Source: Candidatus Saccharimonadales bacterium
GTDB lineage: Bacteria > Patescibacteriota > Saccharimonadia > QS-5-54-17
Assembly: GCA_040903985.1 (NCBI GenBank)
Contig: JBBDUI010000002.1
Location: 518,038 to 582,037, forward strand
Direction: 5' to 3'
Length of the DNA: 64,000 bases
In this document: positions 9,766 through 20,654 of the stretch, piece by piece
Numbering within the stretch: position 1 is the first letter of the stretch
Layout: each line of letters begins with the position of its first letter
Notes under the pieces: model-generated
Seen by the model: only the letters and a program-made list of their open reading frames with translations
Told to the model about the DNA's origin: nothing
The model's database searches: none
Program-made: the position numbers and the translations under genes

Positions 9766-10467
9766 GTGACAACGCGCCAAGCCGAAGTTCTCAAGACTAT
9801 TGTCGAGTATTATGTCCAGACCGCTAACCCGGTTGGCTCTAAATCGCTGGCGCAACAGTTTAGTGTCTCCTCAGCCACGATTCGAGCTGAGATGGCCGAA
9901 CTGGAGCGACTCGACCTCATTACGCACCCTCACACCAGTGCTGGGCGGATTCCTACTGATGCCGGCTATCGGCACTATGTAGAATCACTGGCTCGACCCA
10001 GCCAGAAACTTGACAGCACTAGTCGCTTGCGCCGGGCAATTGAACGTCGGGTTAAGAGTGCCGGCTCTCCCCAAGCCGCAATCAAGATAGCTGTCGATTC
10101 TCTCACTCAGACTACACACAATATCGCCTTTGCGACCATGGGGGTCGCTATCTATACTAAGGGCTTCTCACAGCTCTTTGCACGCCCTGAGTTCGACGAG
10201 AATGCAGCCGATATCGCCGGGCTGCTCGATAATCTCGAGTTGTGGTTAAGTGAGACCAATATCGAGGAAGGGATAGCGACCTATATCGGTGAGGAGAACG
10301 CTATCGGTAAATCGAGTGGCTGCTCTGTCATAGTTGCTCGGTACGATTCACCCTTTTCTGAAGAGAGCTATATCGGTGTCATCGGTCCGACGCGGCAAAG
10401 TTACGGCCAGGTCATGCGGGTCGTAGAGTATACAGCTAACACATTACAGGAGGTATTAAGTGAGTAA
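9766..10467 (+). CDS. hrcA: heat-inducible transcription repressor HrcA (short form, 233 aa)
   Basis: N-terminal wHTH region RQAEVLKTIVEYYVQTANPVGSKSLA...SSATIRAEMAELE typical of HrcA. Followed by grpE-dnaK-dnaJ. Confidence 0.8.
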   Translation: MTTRQAEVLKTIVEYYVQTANPVGSKSLAQQFSVSSATIRAEMAELERLDLITHPHTSAGRIPTDAGYRHYVESLARPSQKLDSTSRLRRAIERRVKSAGSPQAAIKIAVDSLTQTTHNIAFATMGVAIYTKGFSQLFARPEFDENAADIAGLLDNLELWLSETNIEEGIATYIGEENAIGKSSGCSVIVARYDSPFSEESYIGVIGPTRQSYGQVMRVVEYTANTLQEVLSE

Positions 10468-11059
10468 AGGTACGGTAGATAATCAGCGTCAGTCCGCAGC
10501 GGATAAATCGACTCGAACAGCACGTTCGGTTAAATCGAGTCCGCGAGGGGATAAGAAGTTGGCTCGCCGGATCAATGATCTCGAGCAGGAAGTGGCTACA
10601 TTAAGTAGTGACGTAAAGCGAGAGCGGGCCGATTTTATGAACTATAAGCGGCGTAGCGAGCTAGATCGGCTACAGATCATGCAGGTGGCCACGGAACAGG
10701 TAGTTGGCCAGCTACTGCCACTATTTGATGATCTCGAGCGGGCTTTAGCCGCTGTGCCTCGGGACTTAGCTGAACATCCTTGGGCGAAAGGGGTGAGCCA
10801 GATTCACCGTCAGGTTCAGGCTAAACTGGGTGAGCTCGGGGTGAATCGGATTAACTGTGTCGGTCAGCCTTTTGATCCCGGTCTGCATGAGGCCGTCGGG
10901 TTCGAAGACGGAGAGGGTGCGGACGACGTCGTGACCGAGGAGTTGCGGCCCGGCTATCGGCTGGGAGAAGCGGTTCTCCGCCCCAGTATGGTTAAGGTCG
11001 GCAAGGCAGATACGCCGGATGAAGTAGATAACGATAAGCAAATTAAGGAAGGAGCATAA
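10460..11059 (+). CDS. grpE: nucleotide exchange factor GrpE
   Basis: GTG start with an AGGAGG RBS; GrpE core (YKRR...FDP..HEA) and a coiled-coil N-terminus. Confidence 0.85.
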   Translation: MSKGTVDNQRQSAADKSTRTARSVKSSPRGDKKLARRINDLEQEVATLSSDVKRERADFMNYKRRSELDRLQIMQVATEQVVGQLLPLFDDLERALAAVPRDLAEHPWAKGVSQIHRQVQAKLGELGVNRINCVGQPFDPGLHEAVGFEDGEGADDVVTEELRPGYRLGEAVLRPSMVKVGKADTPDEVDNDKQIKEGA

Positions 11060-11061
11060 CA

Positions 11062-12969
11062 ATGGGAAAGATTTTAGGAATCGATTTAGGAACTACTAAC
11101 TCAGCGATGGCTATTATGGAGGGCGGTAACGCCACTATCGTAGCTAACTCGGAGGGTAATCGCACTACACCGAGTATAGTAGCGGTCAATAAGAACGGTG
11201 AACGCTTAGTCGGTCAGGTAGCCAAGCGACAGGCCGTGGTCAACTCCGCCAACACAATTCACGGAGTCAAGCGACTGATCGGTCGTAAGTTTGATGATGT
11301 AGAAGTGCAGCGTGACATTAAGCTGATGCCGTACGAGATTAAGCAGGCTAAAAATGGCGTAAAAGTTGTGATGGGAGATAAAGAGCACAGTCCAGAAGAA
11401 GTATCGGCGATGATCTTGAGTAAGCTCAAGGCCGATGCGGAGGAGTATACCGGAGAGAAGATCACCGAAGCTGTGATTACGGTGCCGGCTTACTTCGACG
11501 ACTCGCAGCGCCAGGCCACTAAGGATGCCGGCAAGATCGCCGGTCTCGAGGTCAAGCGCATCATTAACGAGCCGACCGCGGCGGCGTTAGCCTATGGGTT
11601 GGATAAGAAGAAAGAAGAGAAGATTGCTGTTTACGATCTAGGTGGTGGTACTTTCGACGTCTCCATCCTGGAGCTTGGTGATGGTGTGTTTGAGGTGAAA
11701 TCGACTAACGGTGATACTCACCTCGGTGGAGAGGACTTTGACCTAGTCATCGTTAATCACTTGGTGAGCGAGTTTAAGAGCCAGGAGGGCGTCGATCTGT
11801 CTAAGGACAAAGCGGCCGTGCAGCGCCTGCGTGAGGCAGCGGAGAAGGCCAAGATCGAGCTCTCTACTACTAATGAGACCGACATCAACCTCCCCTTCAT
11901 TACGGCTGATGCTGAGGGCCCGAAGCACTTCGAGTACAAACTTACTCGGGCTAAGCTAGACCAACTAGTGAGTGATCTCATCAATAAGACAGAGGGTCCG
12001 TGTAAGTCGGCCCTGAAGGACGCCGGACTATCGGCCTCCGATATCGATGAAGTTATTCTCGTCGGTGGTATGACTCGGATGCCGGCCGTAGCGGCTAAGG
12101 TGAAAGAGATATTCGGTAAGGATGCGCTCAAGGGCGTCAATCCGGATGAAGTTGTAGCACTCGGAGCCGCCATCCAGGGTGGTGTGCTCGCCGGTGACGT
12201 TAAGGACGTGCTACTGCTAGATGTGACTCCGCTGTCGCTCGGACTTGAGACTGAGGGTGGTATCACCACTAAGTTGATTGAGCGTAACACCACCATCCCG
12301 ACTAGTAAGACCCAGACCTTCTCTACCGCGGCCGATAATCAACCATCGGTTGAGATTAACGTACTGCAGGGTGAACGGGAGATGGCAGCTGACAATAAGT
12401 CACTCGGCCGCTTCATCCTAGACGGTATTCCCCCAGCTCCACGCGGTATTCCACAGGTTGAGGTCACCTTTAACCTTGATGCTAACGGGATCCTAAACGT
12501 TAAGGCGCAAGATAAGGCCAGCGGCAAGGAGCAGTCGATTACTATTCAGAACAGCGGTAACCTCGATGAAAAAGAGGTCGAGCAGATGCAGAAAGATGCC
12601 GAAGTCCATGCCGATGAGGACAAGCAGAAGCGGGCTCGGGCCGAAGCCAAGAACCAGCTCGATACAGCTATCTACACTGCTGAGAAGATGGTGAAAGATA
12701 ACGCCGATAAACTCGAGGATGAGGACAAGCAGACGGTCGAAGAAGCGGTTAAAGCCGCAAAAGAGAAGATCGAGTCTGACGATCGGGAAGAGCTGGAGAA
12801 GGCCGCTACCGAGCTACTAGAGAAGATTCAGCCGATCGGCACTAAGCTACACGAGAATGTGGCGGCCGAAGCGGCAGAGGAAGCGGAAAAAGCCGAGAGC
12901 GAGATAGATGCTGGCAAAGACGATGAGCCAGTTGAGGGTGAAGTCGTCGACGAAGATAAACAGGCGTAA
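11062..12969 (+). CDS. dnaK: chaperone DnaK (Hsp70)
   Basis: Hsp70 signatures [16 protein letters not shown] and [11 protein letters not shown]. Confidence 0.97.
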   Translation: MGKILGIDLGTTNSAMAIMEGGNATIVANSEGNRTTPSIVAVNKNGERLVGQVAKRQAVVNSANTIHGVKRLIGRKFDDVEVQRDIKLMPYEIKQAKNGVKVVMGDKEHSPEEVSAMILSKLKADAEEYTGEKITEAVITVPAYFDDSQRQATKDAGKIAGLEVKRIINEPTAAALAYGLDKKKEEKIAVYDLGGGTFDVSILELGDGVFEVKSTNGDTHLGGEDFDLVIVNHLVSEFKSQEGVDLSKDKAAVQRLREAAEKAKIELSTTNETDINLPFITADAEGPKHFEYKLTRAKLDQLVSDLINKTEGPCKSALKDAGLSASDIDEVILVGGMTRMPAVAAKVKEIFGKDALKGVNPDEVVALGAAIQGGVLAGDVKDVLLLDVTPLSLGLETEGGITTKLIERNTTIPTSKTQTFSTAADNQPSVEINVLQGEREMAADNKSLGRFILDGIPPAPRGIPQVEVTFNLDANGILNVKAQDKASGKEQSITIQNSGNLDEKEVEQMQKDAEVHADEDKQKRARAEAKNQLDTAIYTAEKMVKDNADKLEDEDKQTVEEAVKAAKEKIESDDREELEKAATELLEKIQPIGTKLHENVAAEAAEEAEKAESEIDAGKDDEPVEGEVVDEDKQA

Positions 12970-12971
12970 CT

Positions 12972-13364
12972 ATGCGGCTGGCCGGGTGTATTATACGTAA
13001 CGATGAAGGAGAGATTCTGCTCATTCATCGTAATACACCCGACTTAACCCAGTGGGAGCTACCCGGCGGTAAAGTGGAGACTGACGAAACCGAGGCCGCT
13101 GCCGCCCAGCGTGAGGTAGAGGAGGAGCTCGGGATTATAGCCACCGATCTTCACTCGGTCGGCACTACTACTTTTCGGGAAAACGGTGTTGCTTATGAGT
13201 ATGCATGGTTTACAGTGGGTAGAGTCACGGGTAGCCCGCTGCCTCGTGAGGAGAAGCACGATAAGATCGCCTACTTTGCAGTTAGTGATATTACCGGTGC
13301 AGAGTTCTCTCAAAATGTGAGACAGCTAGCGGCGGCAATTATAAATGGAGCAGTGAAGTTGTAG
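12972..13364 (+). CDS. NUDIX hydrolase inserted between dnaK and dnaJ
   Basis: Nudix box GGKVETDETEAAAAQREVEEELG. The start is 3 nt after the dnaK stop, and dnaJ starts at the next base after its own stop. Confidence 0.7.
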   Translation: MRLAGCIIRNDEGEILLIHRNTPDLTQWELPGGKVETDETEAAAAQREVEEELGIIATDLHSVGTTTFRENGVAYEYAWFTVGRVTGSPLPREEKHDKIAYFAVSDITGAEFSQNVRQLAAAIINGAVKL

Positions 13365-14462
13365 ATGGCAAAACGAGATTATTACGAAATTTTAGGAGTG
13401 GATAAGAATGCCTCGGGCGAGGAGATTAAACGCGCCTACCGCAAACAAGCCGTCAAACATCATCCGGATAAAGAAGGTGGAGATGAGGCTAAGTTTAAGG
13501 AAGCCGCAGAGGCTTATGAGGTGCTAAAAGATTCGACCAAACGCAAACAGTATGATCAGTTTGGCCATGCCGGGGCGCAGCAAGGTTTCGGTGGCGGCGG
13601 GGCCCACGGTCCCTTTGGCGGTGGACAGGGTGGATTTGAGGTGGACCTAGGTGATCTTGATCTGGGCGATATATTTGGTAGTTTCTTTGGCGGTGGCCGA
13701 CAACGAGCCGGAGCGCAAGCGCGACGCGGTCGTGATGTTGAAACGCGAGTAACCCTAGAGTTCAAAGAGGCGGTATTTGGTACTGAGAAAACGATCGAGC
13801 TCGATCTTGAAGATATTTGCACCCACTGTAAGGGTAAGATGGCGGAGCCAGGCAGTAGTTTAAAGACCTGTGACACTTGCAAAGGCCAAGGTCAGGTGGT
13901 GCAGGTGCAGAATACCATTCTCGGTAGTATCCAGCGGGCCACAACCTGTCCGACCTGTCATGGGGCAGGTAAGGTGCCGGAGAAGCCCTGCATTGAGTGT
14001 GGAGGCAAAGGCACGAAGCGGGCCAAACAGCAGATCAAGGTTAAGATTCCTAGCGGTGTCAGCGATGGTAATACCATTCGTTTGCGCGAGAGGGGCGAAG
14101 CGATCGGCGGCGGCGCTAAGGGCGACCTCTACGTCCATGTGCAGGTGCGTCCGAGCCGCGAGTTCGAGCGTCACGGTCACGATATCGTCTCCGCTGCCAC
14201 TATCGACATGATCGATGCAGCCCTAGGGACTGAGATCGAGGTTAATACCGTGGATGGCAAGACCAAGATGAAGATTCCGGCCGGCACTCAGAGCGGTCAG
14301 ACCTTTAAACTCAGTGGTAAAGGTGTGCCTTACGGTAGTGGTTCAACCCGTGGTAACCATTTAGTAGATGTCACGGTTATGATTCCGAAGAAACTAACAA
14401 CCAAGCAACGTTCGATGCTGGAAGAGTTTAATAAATCCAGTAAAAAGGGTTGGTTTAAATAG
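13365..14462 (+). CDS. dnaJ: chaperone DnaJ
   Basis: J-domain with HPD (KHHPDK), a G/F region, and four CxxCxGxG zinc-finger repeats. Confidence 0.95.
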   Translation: MAKRDYYEILGVDKNASGEEIKRAYRKQAVKHHPDKEGGDEAKFKEAAEAYEVLKDSTKRKQYDQFGHAGAQQGFGGGGAHGPFGGGQGGFEVDLGDLDLGDIFGSFFGGGRQRAGAQARRGRDVETRVTLEFKEAVFGTEKTIELDLEDICTHCKGKMAEPGSSLKTCDTCKGQGQVVQVQNTILGSIQRATTCPTCHGAGKVPEKPCIECGGKGTKRAKQQIKVKIPSGVSDGNTIRLRERGEAIGGGAKGDLYVHVQVRPSREFERHGHDIVSAATIDMIDAALGTEIEVNTVDGKTKMKIPAGTQSGQTFKLSGKGVPYGSGSTRGNHLVDVTVMIPKKLTTKQRSMLEEFNKSSKKGWFK

Positions 14463-14510
14463 GCCCCCATCGCACTTTTGGCTAAGGCGCTTGTGCTATA
14501 GTAAAAAATA

Positions 14511-16127
14511 ATGCAGCCGATCGCCTACTTCTCAGCCGAATACGCCTTTGATGACCTACCCATATTTGCCGGAGGGTTAGGGGTACTGGCGACCGACTAT
14601 CTTATGCGTGTAGCCGAGGATACACAGCCATTTGTGATGATCGGGCTGTTCTATCATTATGGATTTGAGAATGCCGACGGATCAGAGTCCGCTAAACTCG
14701 ATCCTTTGCGTTCAGGCTGGGAGCTAGTCACGCAAAATGATGAGCCGCTGCGAGCAGTCGTTACCATTAATGCTGAGAAAATAGCCTTTCAGGCTTGGAC
14801 TAAGTCGTTTGGCAATTCCCGGGTATATCTAATCGATTGTGATCTAGCTGATAACCCAGATAACGTGAAAGCGCTGACTAATCACTTATACGCCGCAGAT
14901 TTTGAGCAGAAAGTAGTGCAGGATGCCTTGCTGGGCTTAGGCGGGGTTGAACTACTCGATAGATTAGGTATCACACCCCAGCTATACCATCTAAATGAAG
15001 GCCACAGTGCGCTGGCTATATTAGCGCTGTTGAAGCTGCACCGGCGACAGAAGAAGCATGCTACCCTGCAAGAACTTTGTCAGGGGGTACAGGAGAGTGT
15101 GGTCGCTACGAAGCATACCGTTCTTTCCGCTGCCGGACTGTATATCACGCATAATCTATTCCTGCAGATTTTCTCTACCTATCTAGCTGAGGCTGAGCTA
15201 CCGCTGGAGGAGGTGTTTGCTATCGCCCAGGATCCTTTGCGTAAAGATGAGTTCTCCACTACTAGGTTGATGCTGGAGCTGAGCCGGGATGTTAATGCCG
15301 TCAGTCGCTTGCACGCGGTCTATGAGAAGAAGAATCATCCGAACAGTCCTTATACCATCAGCTCCATAACTAATGGCATCCATCTGCCTCGTTGGCAGGA
15401 CGAGGCTATTGCTCAAGCCGATACCCCGGATGCTCTGTGGCAGGCCCACTCGGCTGCTCGTCGGCGTCTGATAGATTTTGTTAACGACCGGACTAAAAGC
15501 CAGCTTGATCCTGAGGTATTAACTGTGGTCTGGGCACGGCGCATCACCGCTTACAAGCGTCCGCTCGAACTTTTTAACGACATCAACGCCTTGCAGCACC
15601 TGATGAACTCAACCGAGCGACCGGTGCAGATCATCATCGCCGGCAAGCCTAATAGTGAAGATGAAGCTGGTGTCGACATGGCCCGCCGTTTGGGCGAGCA
15701 CGCTCTGAATACTGACTTCCAGGGTAAGCTGGTTTATTTGCAGAGTTATGATTTAGAGATCGCCCGCTACTTAGTTCAGGGAGCCGATGTTTGGTTAAAC
15801 ACCCCGGATCGTGGCTACGAAGCCAGTGGTACTAGCGGTATGAAAGCCGGTAGTAACGGCGTCCTGCAATGTTCGGTTAGCGACGGATGGGTAGACGAGG
15901 TTAAGCTGGAGATGATCGGTTGGAAACTACCGGATGTAAACGCGGCCGATGCGATTTACGGGCACATTGAGCACGAGATCGCATCGTTATTTTACGAACG
16001 TAATGAATCAGGAATACCGGAAGCGTGGTGTAAATTGATGGAGCAAACGATCAAAGTTATCGAGAAAGACTACACCACCACGCGTATGCTGGAGGAGTAT
16101 AAACAGCAGCTCTACCGGCTAGGCTGA
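14511..16127 (+). CDS. alpha-glucan (glycogen/maltodextrin) phosphorylase, short GT35 type
   Basis: PLP-lysine motif EASGTSGMK, and GT35-like N-terminus FSAEYAF...GGLGVLA. Confidence 0.7.
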   Translation: MQPIAYFSAEYAFDDLPIFAGGLGVLATDYLMRVAEDTQPFVMIGLFYHYGFENADGSESAKLDPLRSGWELVTQNDEPLRAVVTINAEKIAFQAWTKSFGNSRVYLIDCDLADNPDNVKALTNHLYAADFEQKVVQDALLGLGGVELLDRLGITPQLYHLNEGHSALAILALLKLHRRQKKHATLQELCQGVQESVVATKHTVLSAAGLYITHNLFLQIFSTYLAEAELPLEEVFAIAQDPLRKDEFSTTRLMLELSRDVNAVSRLHAVYEKKNHPNSPYTISSITNGIHLPRWQDEAIAQADTPDALWQAHSAARRRLIDFVNDRTKSQLDPEVLTVVWARRITAYKRPLELFNDINALQHLMNSTERPVQIIIAGKPNSEDEAGVDMARRLGEHALNTDFQGKLVYLQSYDLEIARYLVQGADVWLNTPDRGYEASGTSGMKAGSNGVLQCSVSDGWVDEVKLEMIGWKLPDVNAADAIYGHIEHEIASLFYERNESGIPEAWCKLMEQTIKVIEKDYTTTRMLEEYKQQLYRLG

Positions 16128-16183
16128 GCGAAGCCGCTTATGCTATACTTGGGTTAATATATTCGGCAGATGAGGAGGGGTAA

Positions 16184-17731
16184 ATGGCTAAGTCACGGCG
16201 CGACTTAAAGGTGTTATTCGTGACGGCCGAGGTAGCCCCTTTCTCTAAGCAGGGTGGCTTAAGTCAAGTAGCCTACTTTCTACCTCGATCCCTACGTAAG
16301 CTTGGTGTCGATGTGCGGATCTTCACTCCCAAGTATGGCAAGATCATAGATGAGAAGTACCATCTCAAGGAAGTTATATCAGGTCTAGAGATACCTACGG
16401 GACATGAGGAAAAGAGTGAGCAAGTGTCAAAGCTCTCATGTAACGTAAAGCTATATGAAGAGCCAGAGGACCCCTTTGAACCACCGGTTTATTTTCTAGA
16501 AAACGAAGAGTATTTTGAGAAGCGGGCTAATGTTTACGGTTATAGTGATGACCATATCCGCTTCGGACTACTTAGCCGAGGGGCACTGGAATTCATTATC
16601 CAAAAAGAATTCGTGCCTGATGTGGTTCACTGTAACGACTGGCATACGGGCTATCTCGTAAATGATCTCTACTACGTGCGACAAGAGGATGAGGATCTGA
16701 AAGATATTGCCAGTCTGCTTTCTATCCACAACACTTATCAGGGTAATTTTAATTTCGGCCGGGCTAGTGAGATGGATTATGATGACGGCAAAAGTCCTCT
16801 AGCCCCGTTTTACTCAGACCGTTTCATCAAACAGAATGCCCTAAAACGCGGTGTTATGCGAGCTGATAGGATGAATACGGTATCTGAGACCTATGCTCGT
16901 GAGCTACTCCTAGAGCAGTATGGAGCTGGGATGCATAAGCTCTTTCGGGAGCTACGAGGCAAGATGTCGGGTGTCTTAAATGGGTTGGACTATAATGATT
17001 TCGATCCAGCTACTGATAAGATTATTGCTGAGAATTTCACCCATCGCAGCATCAACCGTCGAGTGAACAATAAGCTTGACTTGCAGAAAGAGTTTGGCTT
17101 AGAGCAAGATCCACATGTACCGATTATTGCGATATCTGGTCGACTTGATGGACAGAAGGGGCTCAATCTGATTTTAGAGACTATGGATTTTGTTCTTAAA
17201 GAACTCGACGTTCAGTTTATTGTTCTAGGTTCGGGCGATAATCGTTATATCGAGTACTTCGAAGAGCTTGAGCGTAAGTATCCCGATCGGGTCGGGACAC
17301 ATTTGCTGCCGGACTTTATCTTGCCGCGGAAGATCTTTGCTGGGTCCGACATTATGATGATGCCGAGCTTCTATGAACCAGGCGGTATCGTAGCCATTGA
17401 AGCTATGCGCTATGGAGCGGTTCCCTTAGTGCGTGCTACCGGCGGGCTGGCTGACATTGTGAAGAACTATAACACCCAGACTAAGGAAGGTACGGGTTTT
17501 AGCTTTCGAGACTTCTCTAGTCAGAGCTTCCTCGTCGCTCTCGTGCGTGCGCTGGAATCCTACAAGGACAAAGAAGCGTGGGATGAGCTAGTAAAGCGAG
17601 TGATGCTCCAAGACTTCTCTTGGGATAAGGTAGCGACAAAATACGCCGATCTCTATGAGCGTACTTACGACTATCGCCAGGAGGCTCTCCAGCCTAATCC
17701 ACCAATGGCTTATCAGCAGAAGATCGAATAA
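16184..17731 (+). CDS. glgA: glycogen synthase (GT5, ADP/UDP-glucose type)
   Basis: N-terminal KVLFVTAEVAPFSKQGGL motif typical of GlgA; C-terminal GT-B fold. Confidence 0.8.
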   Translation: MAKSRRDLKVLFVTAEVAPFSKQGGLSQVAYFLPRSLRKLGVDVRIFTPKYGKIIDEKYHLKEVISGLEIPTGHEEKSEQVSKLSCNVKLYEEPEDPFEPPVYFLENEEYFEKRANVYGYSDDHIRFGLLSRGALEFIIQKEFVPDVVHCNDWHTGYLVNDLYYVRQEDEDLKDIASLLSIHNTYQGNFNFGRASEMDYDDGKSPLAPFYSDRFIKQNALKRGVMRADRMNTVSETYARELLLEQYGAGMHKLFRELRGKMSGVLNGLDYNDFDPATDKIIAENFTHRSINRRVNNKLDLQKEFGLEQDPHVPIIAISGRLDGQKGLNLILETMDFVLKELDVQFIVLGSGDNRYIEYFEELERKYPDRVGTHLLPDFILPRKIFAGSDIMMMPSFYEPGGIVAIEAMRYGAVPLVRATGGLADIVKNYNTQTKEGTGFSFRDFSSQSFLVALVRALESYKDKEAWDELVKRVMLQDFSWDKVATKYADLYERTYDYRQEALQPNPPMAYQQKIE

Positions 17732-17786
17732 CCTCTAAGACCAATTTATTAAGCCCCATGTAGCTGGTTCTGTTATAATCCTGTTT

Positions 17787-19190
17787 ATGCTGTGGGTAAA
17801 TTTCATGCACATATACCAACCGTTGACCCAGAAACCGTACTGGGTGAACAGGGTGACGGAAGAGAGCTATAGACCGCTCTTTCAAGGGTTTCTGAAAAAC
17901 CCCGACCTCAAGAGCACTATCAATATAAACTCTGTTCTAGTCGAGTTACTGGAAGAGAACGGTCACCAGGATGTGATAGAAGCTATCCATGAGCTGTTAA
18001 AGCGAGGACAGATAGAACTGACCGGCAGTGCTAAATTCCATCCGTTAATGGTCTATACACCAGATTATGAACGACGTCGACAGATAGAGCTTAATGACGT
18101 GTCTCTACGTAAATATTTCGGTGATTACTATCAGCCGCGTGGCTTCTTTCCCCCTGAAATGGCTTTCGATATGGATGTGGCCAAAACCGCCAAAGAGTGT
18201 GGCTTTGAATGGATTATCGTCGACGAACTATCATTCCCAGGCCAGGCTCAGCCCGATCACAAGCAGAGGTATAGTGTTGAGGGAGTGGATGGTTTAGATA
18301 TTTATTTTCGTGAACGAAGTAGTAGCTGGAATATCCTCTCAGGTCAGATCGGGACGCCAGACCTGCTCCGTAAAATGCTTGGTGCCAGGACAGCTGACGG
18401 CTCCTACCTCTTGACTGCTATGGATGGGGAGACATTTGGCCACCATCGCCCAGGGCTTCAGAGTCTTATATTTGACCTTAACCAAGCTGATGAGCTCCAG
18501 ACCGTATTACTTTCTGACCTAAAAGACTACTTCCCCGATACCAAGAAGGTGGTTCCACAAGCTTCTACGTGGGCACTCATGGAGAAGGACCTTGAACGTA
18601 AGGTGCCCTTTTCGCGCTGGAAAGACCCAGATAATGAGATACATGATATTCAATGGGAGTTAACCAATCATCTCATTAAATTGTATGAGCCTGTACACAT
18701 AGACCAAACCCCTGTAAAAGAAGACGCACTTGATCGGGCGCTGCAGTCAGATCAGTTTTGGTGGGCGAGTGCGCGGCCATGGTGGAGTATCGAGATGATG
18801 GAGCGTGCAGCAAAGAACCTTTACGAAGCTGCCAAGATGGCGCCCGAGGTAAAGGATGCAGATATATCTAAGGCAGAGGCGCTCTACCATAAAATAATCT
18901 TCACCGCATTTGACTGGCAGCGTAGCGGCAAGGTAGACGAGATGGCAAGGCAGGAAGATGAGGATATACGCCAACGGACTGATCAAGATATCCCCAAGCT
19001 TCCTAAGGAAGAAGTGGATAAAATGATAGCTAATCTGCGTAAAGAGATGGCGCAAGTGGCAGGTAAGGAGGAGTTCGAGCGGGCGGCACAGATACGTGAC
19101 CGGATTCGTGAGCTGAAAGAGTATGCTGACGAGAACATAGACATCCCTCGTGCCAGTCAAGAGGGCAGCCAAGAGTGGGATGTTGTCTGA
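17787..19190 (+). CDS. glycoside hydrolase family 57 enzyme (alpha-amylase/4-alpha-glucanotransferase-like) with C-terminal UVR-like coiled-coil motif
   Basis: N-terminal HxYQP block aligns to GH57 enzymes (MHIYQP...VELLEENGHQ...KRGQIELTGSAKFHPLMVY...WIIVDE). The C-terminus has a UvrB/C-like motif EEFERAAQIRDRIRELKE. Confidence 0.7.
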   Translation: MLWVNFMHIYQPLTQKPYWVNRVTEESYRPLFQGFLKNPDLKSTININSVLVELLEENGHQDVIEAIHELLKRGQIELTGSAKFHPLMVYTPDYERRRQIELNDVSLRKYFGDYYQPRGFFPPEMAFDMDVAKTAKECGFEWIIVDELSFPGQAQPDHKQRYSVEGVDGLDIYFRERSSSWNILSGQIGTPDLLRKMLGARTADGSYLLTAMDGETFGHHRPGLQSLIFDLNQADELQTVLLSDLKDYFPDTKKVVPQASTWALMEKDLERKVPFSRWKDPDNEIHDIQWELTNHLIKLYEPVHIDQTPVKEDALDRALQSDQFWWASARPWWSIEMMERAAKNLYEAAKMAPEVKDADISKAEALYHKIIFTAFDWQRSGKVDEMARQEDEDIRQRTDQDIPKLPKEEVDKMIANLRKEMAQVAGKEEFERAAQIRDRIRELKEYADENIDIPRASQEGSQEWDVV

Positions 19191-19196
19191 GTTGCC

Positions 19197-20102
19197 ATGA
19201 ATAGCTTAGAGTCTGCTTCGGCTATTCTTTCAAGGGACCTTCCTGATCTTGATATAGCAAGCATCAAAAACATAGGCGAAGGCTGGGATAGCTTAGTCTA
19301 TCTAGTGAATGAGGAGATAGTCTTTCGTTTGCCTAAAGCGGACAATGCGTTAGGTGATCCTGCGCGTCAACGGGGCAATAAATCAGAGATTGGACTATTG
19401 AAGCATGTATTCAACCGCCTGCCGGTGAAGACGCCAGAGCCATTACTTGTTCCAGAGCACTACGGCTACTTTGGTTACCGGCATATTCCAGGCAGTTCAC
19501 TGAAAGACTACCCCGAACTTTTTAAGAGTTCGGAGCAGTATCCCGAGATACTAGATCTATGGGTGAGGGTAGCTACCGTCATTGAGCAGATTATTACTCT
19601 GGAAGACGCTGAGCGCCTCGGATTGAGAGCGTTTGACGGAGTCAACCCAAGAGTCAAGCTGGCAAAAGTAGTACTAAATAGCGATTTACTAGACAGTGAG
19701 TTCACCCCTATCATCGGCGTGATTCTAGATAAGTATGGTGAGAGCTATAAAGCCTTAGCTAAGAAGCGCAGTGTGACATTACATGGAGATTTAGGCTTCG
19801 GCAACTGGTTAGTCGATGCGCATAAGCGTCCATATGCCGTTATAGACTGGTCAGAAGCGACTATAGCCCCTCCCGAGCACCAGATGGAATTCATGTGGGA
19901 TATGCCGCCTGAGATGCTTCGACATATGACAAATACCTATGAAGACATTACTGACTGTAAACTCGATACAGAATTCATATTCGTCAGCGGCTGTACAGGT
20001 TTTCTAGGCGATATAGGCGCTTTATTAAATGCTGGATATGATGTCAGCTCTCATATAGAACATCTGCTACAGTGCCTAAAGTCATACCGACCTGAGCATT
20101 GA
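19197..20102 (+). CDS. APH-fold phosphotransferase (aminoglycoside/sugar kinase-like)
   Basis: GEGWDSLVY nucleotide-binding loop, and the Brenner motif HGDLGFGNWLVD followed by IDWSEA. Confidence 0.65.
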   Translation: MNSLESASAILSRDLPDLDIASIKNIGEGWDSLVYLVNEEIVFRLPKADNALGDPARQRGNKSEIGLLKHVFNRLPVKTPEPLLVPEHYGYFGYRHIPGSSLKDYPELFKSSEQYPEILDLWVRVATVIEQIITLEDAERLGLRAFDGVNPRVKLAKVVLNSDLLDSEFTPIIGVILDKYGESYKALAKKRSVTLHGDLGFGNWLVDAHKRPYAVIDWSEATIAPPEHQMEFMWDMPPEMLRHMTNTYEDITDCKLDTEFIFVSGCTGFLGDIGALLNAGYDVSSHIEHLLQCLKSYRPEH

Positions 20103-20182
20103 CTTTTATTCGCTAATGTTTAAAATAGGCATTCAGATAAGAGGGGCTACAAAAGAGACGCATAAACGTCTCGGTCACTGAC

Positions 20183-20611
20183 ATGGATAAAGTCACAATC
20201 GGCCGCTGGGTATTTATAGATCTCCCGGCCCTGGATTTAGAAAACGTACGAGCTAAAGTTGATACCGGTGCCTACCGGAGTAGTTTGCACTGTGAATTTA
20301 TCGAGGAGTTTGAGCGTAATGGCGAGATTTTCCTTGCTATCCAGACTACTGATATGAGAGGTGCACCAATTGGTGACCACCCGGTAGCACTGAAGCAAGA
20401 AGGTATTGTGGCGGTACGTAGCTCAAACGGTGAGGTACAAAGGCGACCGGTAGTACTACTCCCGGTGGAGCTCGGTGGACGAGAGTATGTGACGGAATTT
20501 ACCTTAACTAATAGACAAGATATGAAATTCCCGATACTCTTAGGAAGGAAGTTCCTCAAGGAGTCCTTTGTGGTAGATGTATCACTCGATGACCCAACTG
20601 AAGAAGAGTAA
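20183..20611 (+). CDS. retropepsin-like aspartic protease, RimK-associated (COG4067 / DUF785 type)
   Basis: DTGA active-site motif (VDTGAYRSSLH), a 142-aa size, and a position directly upstream of rimK. Confidence 0.7.
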   Translation: MDKVTIGRWVFIDLPALDLENVRAKVDTGAYRSSLHCEFIEEFERNGEIFLAIQTTDMRGAPIGDHPVALKQEGIVAVRSSNGEVQRRPVVLLPVELGGREYVTEFTLTNRQDMKFPILLGRKFLKESFVVDVSLDDPTEEE

Positions 20612-20654
20612 CTCTGAATTAACCGTATAACCAACACTGTAAGGAGATACCATA

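Noticed and set aside
11757-12527. 179-aa and smaller minus-strand ORFs inside dnaK
   Set aside because: They are entirely antisense to dnaK. The translations are Ser/Thr/Leu-rich nonsense with no start context.
13556-14211. Overlapping 60-113-aa ORFs on both strands within dnaJ
   Set aside because: They are embedded in the well-supported DnaJ frame. The Arg/Pro/Ala-rich composition is typical of out-of-frame GC-rich sequence.
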